DNA from: Gemmatimonadota bacterium
GTDB taxonomy: Bacteria; Gemmatimonadota; Gemmatimonadetes; Palauibacterales; Palauibacteraceae
Assembly (NCBI GenBank): GCA_046757485.1
Contig: JBHHYJ010000001.1
Location: 48,319 to 112,318, forward strand
Length of the DNA: 64,000 nt
Direction of reading: 5' to 3'
Part shown: piece by piece, positions 58,829 to 64,000 of the stretch
Layout: each line of letters starts with the position of its first letter
How positions within the stretch are numbered: the first letter of the stretch is position 1
Position numbers and translations under genes: made by a program
Notes under the pieces: generated by a model
Told to the model about the DNA's origin: nothing
The model's database searches: none
What the model saw: only the letters and a program-made list of their open reading frames with translations

Positions 58829-60736
58829 ATGATCGCCATCCTCGCTCCCGAAGTCACCCGCCGGCTGATCGTGGGCGAGCCACGGGCGCATGGCCGGCCG
58901 GAGGAGGACCCGGCCGTCCGGGCGCTTCGCACCCGTCTGGGCGGCGGGGTGGAGCGGGTCGAGGCGGATGCGGTCGGCTACCCCGTGGTCTACGTGGACC
59001 CGGGCCGCAACCTGGAGGCGCTTCGCTTTCTGCGCGACGACCCCGAGCAATCCTACGAGATGTTGGTGGACGAGATGGGCGTGGATCCCGGCGGGGATCG
59101 GCCGCTCCAGGTCTGGTATCAGCTCTGGTCGCTACGTCATGGTCGGCAGCTGCGCGTCACCTGCGAGCTCCCACCGGGCGGGCCGACTCTTCAGAGCGCC
59201 ACGGGGCTGTGGAAGTCCGCAGATTGGCTGGAGCGGGAAGCGTACGACATGTTCGGGGTGACCTTCTCCGGCCACCCGGACCTTCGCCGGATCCTCATGC
59301 CGGAGAACTACGAGGAAGGCTTCCCGCTGCGGAAAGCGTTTCCCCTCCGCGGACGCTTCTCGCGGTCCGAGCAGGTACGTCGCAGCCTCAACCGGTCGCT
59401 GGAGGACGTCTACGCTCGGGAGGAGCTGGCCCTGGCAGGCTACAAGGACCGGGCGGGCACGTCCGTCCGGGCCCTGCAGGAGCTGGCTCCGGAGCAGCGT
59501 CCCGAGGAGATTCTTCGGAGTGCGGCCCGCAGAGCCGGGAGGCAGGAGACGAGCGTCGAGGACCACCTGGAGGGTCAGCCGATGCTCATCAACATCGGCC
59601 CCCAACATCCGGCGACCCACGGCGTTCTGCGTCTCGTCCTGCAGCTGGACGGGGAGCGCGTGCTCCGCTGCATCACCCACATCGGGTACCTGCACACGGG
59701 GTTCGAGAAGACGTGCGAGTACCGGGACTGGAACCAGGTGATCCCGTACACCGACAGGATGGACTACCTGGCCCCGATGATCTACAACGTCGGGTACGCG
59801 TGCGCCGTGGAGCGGCTTCTGGGCCTGGAGATCACCCCTCGGTGCCGGGTCGTGCGGGTCATTCTGACGGAGATGAACCGGATCCTCGCCCATCTCCTGT
59901 GGCTGGGCACCACGGCGATCGACCTGGGGGCGTTCAGCGTCTTCCTGTACACGTTTCAGGAGCGCGAGCGGATCTACAACCTCCACGAGGCGTACTGCGG
60001 TGCCCGGCTGACCACCTCGGTGACGCGGATCGGCGGGATGCTGGCGGAGCTACCCGTGGGCTGGACGGACGGGGTGCGGGAGTTCGCCGACACGTTCACT
60101 CGCACGCTGGACGAGTGTGAGCGGCTCCTCACGCGGAACGCCATCTGGGCGTCCCGGACCCGGGAGATCGGGGTGCTCGGTCCCGAGGAGGCGGTCAGCT
60201 TCGGGGTCACGGGCCCGAACCTGCGGGCGAGCGGCGTGCCGTACGACGTCCGCAAGGCACGACCGTACCTGGGGTACGAGGAGTACGACTTCGACGTGCC
60301 GGTCGGCGAGCGGGGCGACACGTACGACCGGTATCTCGTCCGGCTGGAAGAGATGCGCCAGAGCGTGCGGATCGTCCAGCAGGCCCTGGACCGTCTGCCG
60401 GACGGGCCGATGAACGTGGAGGACTGGCAGGTCATCCTCCCGCCGAAGAGCGCGGCGCTGAGCTCGATCGACGCGATGGTCGCCCACTTCAAGCTGGTGA
60501 TGGAGGGGCTGAACGTGCCGGCCGGCGAAACCTGGTTCTCCGTGGAGGCCGCCAAGGGGGAGCTCGGTTTCGGCCTCGTCTCCGACGGGGGAAGCAAGCC
60601 GGTGAGGTGCCGCTTCCGCGGCCCCTCCTTTCTCAACATGGGGGCGTTGGCTCACCTGGTCGAGGGCGAGCTGGTCGCCGACGTCATCGCGATCAACGCG
60701 AGCCTGGATGTCGTACTGGGCGAGATCGACCGGTGA
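58829..60736 (+). CDS. nuoC: NADH-quinone oxidoreductase subunits C and D, fused
   Basis: N-terminal 30-kDa NuoC domain and C-terminal 49-kDa NuoD domain (LINIGPQHPATHGVLRL...) joined by a ~60-aa charged linker in one 635-aa ORF. Confidence 0.9.
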   Translation: MIAILAPEVTRRLIVGEPRAHGRPEEDPAVRALRTRLGGGVERVEADAVGYPVVYVDPGRNLEALRFLRDDPEQSYEMLVDEMGVDPGGDRPLQVWYQLWSLRHGRQLRVTCELPPGGPTLQSATGLWKSADWLEREAYDMFGVTFSGHPDLRRILMPENYEEGFPLRKAFPLRGRFSRSEQVRRSLNRSLEDVYAREELALAGYKDRAGTSVRALQELAPEQRPEEILRSAARRAGRQETSVEDHLEGQPMLINIGPQHPATHGVLRLVLQLDGERVLRCITHIGYLHTGFEKTCEYRDWNQVIPYTDRMDYLAPMIYNVGYACAVERLLGLEITPRCRVVRVILTEMNRILAHLLWLGTTAIDLGAFSVFLYTFQERERIYNLHEAYCGARLTTSVTRIGGMLAELPVGWTDGVREFADTFTRTLDECERLLTRNAIWASRTREIGVLGPEEAVSFGVTGPNLRASGVPYDVRKARPYLGYEEYDFDVPVGERGDTYDRYLVRLEEMRQSVRIVQQALDRLPDGPMNVEDWQVILPPKSAALSSIDAMVAHFKLVMEGLNVPAGETWFSVEAAKGELGFGLVSDGGSKPVRCRFRGPSFLNMGALAHLVEGELVADVIAINASLDVVLGEIDR

Positions 60737-60749
60737 GCCGGGCGGCGAA

Positions 60750-61295
60750 GTGAAGCGGATCCATCCGGCCGTGGCGAGCGCCCAGCCCTACATGCTGGAG
60801 CGCCGGGAGGAGTCGGACGGGCCGCTCTTCGGCTCGGAGGAGGGACGGGAGCGGCTCGAGAAGGTACTGAGCCGGTATCCGGAGAAACGGGGCGCCCTGC
60901 TTCCGCTGCTGAACTATGCCCAGGAGCGCCGTGGCTGGGTCTCGCCGGAGGCGATGCAGGAGATCGCCGGCGTGCTGGAGCTTACGCCGGCCTACGTTCA
61001 CTCCGTGGCCACCTTCTACACGATGTACAACAAGCGTCCCGTCGGCCGGCACCTGATTCAGGTGTGCACGAACATCTCCTGCCTCTTGAACCGGGCGGAG
61101 GAGGTCCTCGAACGTTTCTTGGAAGTGACGGGCACCCGCTCGGGAGAGATCTCCAAGGACGGCCGCTACACCGTGATGGAGGTCGAGTGCCTCGGCGCCT
61201 GCGGGTTCGCCACCGCGGTCCAGGTGAACGACGAGTACTACGAGGGAGTGACTCCCGAGAAGGTTGCGGGGATCGTGGAGGGGCTGGGTTCCTGA
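60750..61295 (+). CDS. nuoE: NADH-quinone oxidoreductase subunit E (24 kDa)
   Basis: 2Fe-2S cysteines (CTNISC...CLGACGFA). The frame is open from 60708 overlapping nuoD; GTG 60750 or ATG 60792 is more likely. Confidence 0.85.
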   Translation: MKRIHPAVASAQPYMLERREESDGPLFGSEEGRERLEKVLSRYPEKRGALLPLLNYAQERRGWVSPEAMQEIAGVLELTPAYVHSVATFYTMYNKRPVGRHLIQVCTNISCLLNRAEEVLERFLEVTGTRSGEISKDGRYTVMEVECLGACGFATAVQVNDEYYEGVTPEKVAGIVEGLGS

Positions 61296-61296
61296 G

Positions 61297-62586
61297 ATGG
61301 CGTGGCCCGAGCGGCACGAGCGCGAGACGACGACCCTCCTCTCTCGATACATGGGGGATCCGGAGGCCCGCCACCTGGACGGCTGGCTGGAGCGCGGCGG
61401 GTACGAGGCGCTCCGGAAGGCCCTGAGCATGGAGCCGGAGGAGATCACCGAGGTGATCAAGGCCTCGGGCCTGCGGGGCCGTGGAGGCGCCGGCTTTCCC
61501 ACGGGCATGAAGTGGAGCTTCATGCCGGAGGGAAACGGCCGGCCCAGCTACCTGTGCTGCAACGCGGACGAGAGCGAGCCCGGCGCGTTCAAGGACCGGG
61601 AAGTCCTCCGGTGGACCCCGCACCTGCTCCTGGAGGGATGTCTCATCGCGGCGCGCGCGATCCGCGCGGATCACGTCTACCTCTATGTGCGCGGCGAGTA
61701 CTTCCCGGTGATGAAGGTCCTGAACGAGGCGGTCACGGAGGCGTACGAGGCGGGCTTCATAGGGGAGGAGATTCTGGAGAGCGGTTGGGGCTGCGAGCTG
61801 ACGGTCCACGCGGGAGCGGGGGCGTACATCGCGGGGGAGGAGACGGGCCTCATGGCCTCGCTGCAGGGAGGGCGCGCCGAGCCTTGGGTGAAGCCTCCGT
61901 TTCCCGCCCAGCGCGGTGTGTTTGGTATGCCGACCACGGTGAACAACGTGGAGACCCTCGCCGCGGTGCCGATGATCCTGACGCACGGCGCCGAATGGTA
62001 TCGGCAGTGGGGGAGCGAGAAGAGCCCCGGGACGAAGCTGTGGTCTTGCTCCGGCCACCTCGAGCGGCCGGGCACGTACGAGATGGAGCTGGGGCTGCCG
62101 CTGCGCGAGATCGTGTACGACGTGTGCGGCGGTCCCCCGGGTGGACGTCGCGTTCGAGCCGTGATCCCCGGTGGCTCCTCCACGGCCCTGCTCACCGCCG
62201 AGGAGCTGGACTGCGCGACCACCTACGAGGGGCTACAGGAGGCGGGGAGCTCCCTGGGGACCGCCTCTCCGATCGTCATGGACGAGGGAACGTGCCTGCT
62301 GAAGGCGATCCGCCGCATCGCCCACTTCTATGCTCATGAGTCGTGCGGCCAGTGCGTGCAGTGCCGAGAGGGAACGCTGTGGGTGACCAACATCCTGCGG
62401 CGGATCGAGGCGGGGGAAGGCCGCCTGGAGGATCTCGACACGCTGTACGATCTGTGTGAGCAGCTCACGGGCCGCACGATCTGTGTTCTGGCGGACAGCG
62501 TGGTGTTCCCGCTCAGATCCTCCCTGGACAAGTTCCGGGCCGAGTACGAGGCCCACATCCGACACGGCGGATGCACGGCCACATGA
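61297..62586 (+). CDS. nuoF: NADH-quinone oxidoreductase subunit F
   Basis: FMN/NADH motifs (GRGGAGFPTGMKW; ESEPGAFKD). N3 cluster (ESCGQCVQCREG). Confidence 0.9.
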   Translation: MAWPERHERETTTLLSRYMGDPEARHLDGWLERGGYEALRKALSMEPEEITEVIKASGLRGRGGAGFPTGMKWSFMPEGNGRPSYLCCNADESEPGAFKDREVLRWTPHLLLEGCLIAARAIRADHVYLYVRGEYFPVMKVLNEAVTEAYEAGFIGEEILESGWGCELTVHAGAGAYIAGEETGLMASLQGGRAEPWVKPPFPAQRGVFGMPTTVNNVETLAAVPMILTHGAEWYRQWGSEKSPGTKLWSCSGHLERPGTYEMELGLPLREIVYDVCGGPPGGRRVRAVIPGGSSTALLTAEELDCATTYEGLQEAGSSLGTASPIVMDEGTCLLKAIRRIAHFYAHESCGQCVQCREGTLWVTNILRRIEAGEGRLEDLDTLYDLCEQLTGRTICVLADSVVFPLRSSLDKFRAEYEAHIRHGGCTAT

Positions 62587-62622
62587 GCCGCCGGCCTCTC
62601 CACCGAGCCCCGAGGTGACCGG

Positions 62623-64000
62623 AATGTCGGACGGAAACGGTGCAGGCGGGTCCGTCGGCCTGACGGTCGACGGGGTGCCGGTGACGGTGCCCGCCGGGAC
62701 GCCCGTCATCGAGGCGGCGGAGAGAGCGGGGACCGTGGTGCCCCGGTATTGCTACCATCCCGGGATTCCGACCCGCCCGGCCCAGTGCCGCGTGTGTCTG
62801 GTCGAGGTCGAGGGGCAGCCGAAGCTCCAGCCGTCCTGCATCCTCGTGGCCCAGGACGGGATGGTCGTGCACACCGCCAGCGAACGGGCGCGGCTGGCCC
62901 GGAGGTCGGTGATCGAGCTGCTGCTCGTGAACCACCCGCTGGACTGCCCCATCTGTGACGCGGCCGGGCAGTGCATGCTTCAGGATTTCGCGCACGAGAC
63001 CGGCCAGCTACGAAGCCGTGTGAAGGAGCCCAAGCTCGTGCTGGGGCGCGATCGGATCGCCGACGACATCCTGTACTTCGCCGACCGGTGCATCATCTGC
63101 ACACGATGTGTGCGCTTCATGCGGGAGGTCGCCGGGGACGATGCCCTCGTCGTCGCGCAGCGTGGCCATCGGGCGTACATCGACACCTTTCCGGGGAGCA
63201 AGCTGGACAACCCGTTTCGAGGAAACATCGTGGACGTCTGTCCGGTGGGTGCCCTCGTCCACGAGGAGTTCCTCTTCAAGCCGCGCGCCTGGGACCTGGA
63301 CCGGACGCCGAGCGTCTGTCCGGGCTGCTCCACGGGCTGCAACGTGACGATCGACACGAAGGAGAACCAGATCGTCCGATTGAAACCGCGCCACAACGCG
63401 GAGGTGAACTCCTACTGGATGTGCGACTACGGGCGCACGCACCTGGTGATGTCGAACCGGGGTATCCGGGCGGAGGTGCCGCTCCTCCGTCAGGACGGAA
63501 GGCTCGTGCCGGTGGACTGGAAGCGGGCGCTGGAGGAGGTGGCCGGGCGGTTGCAGGAGCTAGGAGCGGAGGGTGACGACGGGTCGTCGAAGGGAGTGGC
63601 CCGGGTCTCGGCCCACGCCACGAACGAGGATCTCTTCTACTTCCGCCGATTGCTGGAGTGCCTGGGCATCCCGGGTGGGAGTTATGCGGTTCCCCGCGGA
63701 GAGACGGCGGTGCTGGGCGGGTTCCCCAAGCTCGCGCTCCGTGCGGAGCGGGCTCCGAACGCGACCGGAGCGGAGGCGCTCGGGTTCCGGGAGGCCGTGG
63801 AACCTCCGGTGCCGGCGGCGGGCGCCCCCCTCTTCGTCCTCGAAGATCCCCTGGAAGGGGAACCGGCGGAGTACGGAGCGGAGGCGTCCTTCTTCCTGTA
63901 CCTGGGCAGCCGCGTGCCGCCGGCGGCTCGAGGCGCGGACGCGATACTCCCGATCACGCGGTTCGTCGAGATGGACGGGACGTTCACGAACTTCGAGGGA
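62623..64000 (+). CDS. nuoG: NADH-quinone oxidoreductase subunit G (5' partial; continues beyond the window)
   Basis: Not in the ORF track because it has no stop inside the window. ATG 62623 with RBS GAGGTGA. 2Fe-2S/4Fe-4S cysteine clusters (CYHPGI...CRVCLVEV; HPLDCPICDAAGQCMLQD; CIICTRCVRF). Confidence 0.85.

Overview
High-GC (~70%) bacterial chromosomal window. Gene content and conserved gene order suggest a Gram-negative lineage such as Gemmatimonadota, but that is inference only. Most of the window is core genome: tRNA-Leu(CAA) and a truncated tRNA at the window edge; yicC-gmk-rpoZ-coaBC-udg-dnaB; tsaC-ptp-aroE-comF; gap-pgk-tpiA-secG; rnhA/carA; sppA; HU; moaD-moaE-moaA; mdh; dcd; and nuoA-B-CD-E-F-G, which runs off the 3' end. 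The accessory content is a 9.3 kb MFP-TolC-RND-RND efflux operon and a blaI-blaR1-like pair with an AT-rich operator. The BlaR1-like M56 peptidase is split by one in-frame TAG, and its sensor is replaced by a TonB C-terminal domain plus a TonB-dependent-receptor plug-like tail. There are also c-di-GMP-type signalling genes: a response regulator with a degenerate HD-GYP module next to its histidine kinase, and a separate HD-GYP protein. A peptide/amino-acid catabolism set is present (S58 DmpA-like peptidase, ETF-QO, S46 dipeptidyl peptidase, PepA, an aminotransferase) along with several lipoproteins and secreted proteins of unknown function. No transposase, integrase, CRISPR array or phage genes were found. 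The most unusual signal is non-coding. A roughly 50-nt REP-like palindromic element (CTAGAAGCCTGTTGAAGA...CCACGGCGGGCCGCGTTACGAGCGCCGTGG) occurs at least 10 times, and in most copies its leading TAG is the stop codon of the upstream gene. A second ~65-nt motif and a third ~38-nt motif are each duplicated around a 555-bp non-coding stretch, a Rho_N-domain mini-gene and tRNA-Leu. All calls come from reading the sequence and the ORF translations; no database searches were run.
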